DNA from: a phage
Reading direction: 5' to 3' (one strand)
DNA: 64,000 bases
NCBI GenBank assembly: GCA_020857175.1
Contig: GCA_020857175.1_3048.1
Of this stretch, positions 63,953 to 64,000 are shown one piece after another (within the stretch, counting starts at the first letter, position 1; each line of letters opens with the position of its first letter). Below the pieces are notes generated by a model, which did not search any database, was not told the origin of the DNA, and was given only the letters and a program-made list of their open reading frames with translations. Made by a program: the position numbers and the translations under genes.

Positions 63953-64000
63953 AGATATTCCTTAGTTTATAGCCCGAGTTATTAGGCTCTTGATATATTA

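Overview
This window reads as about 64 kb of a T4-like (T-even, Tequatrovirus-type) phage genome, collinear with the T4 map from the spanin/alc/rnlA region through DNA polymerase gene 43. All assignments are by eye from protein length, motifs and gene order recalled from T4; no database search was run. Early and middle genes lie on the minus strand: alc, rnlA, denA, nrdB, nrdA, td with its group I intron and I-TevI, frd, 32, 59, 33, dsbA, rnh, then asiA, motA, 52, ac, stp, ndd, denB, rIIB, rIIA, 39, dexA, dda, srd, modA, modB, soc, segF, 56, dam, 61, the 61.x cluster, 41, 40, uvsX, a beta-glucosyltransferase homolog, 42, imm and 43. The late long-tail-fibre block 34-35-36-37-38 plus holin t lies on the plus strand. 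Genes are tightly packed, with many ATGA/TAATG stop-start overlaps, recurring terminator-hairpin plus early-promoter modules (GTTTAC -35) on the minus strand, and TATAAATA late promoters. Differences from reference T4 that I can see: (1) a 186-aa ORF translationally coupled to dam with a divergent small membrane ORF between gene 61 and dam; (2) an extra GT-A/GT2-like glycosyltransferase between the beta-gt homolog and gene 42; (3) a 119-aa ORF inserted between frd and td; (4) a T2-type glycine-rich gp38 adhesin and a gp37 with a C-terminal intramolecular-chaperone-like domain; (5) unsplit gene 39 and intronless nrdB while the td intron is present; (6) modB split by a frameshift in a homopolymer run; (7) a tandem paralog array with a decayed third copy upstream of dexA. 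The best candidates for an undescribed system are the dam-coupled ORF cassette and the two-glycosyltransferase DNA-modification module. No CRISPR array, tRNA or rRNA was seen.
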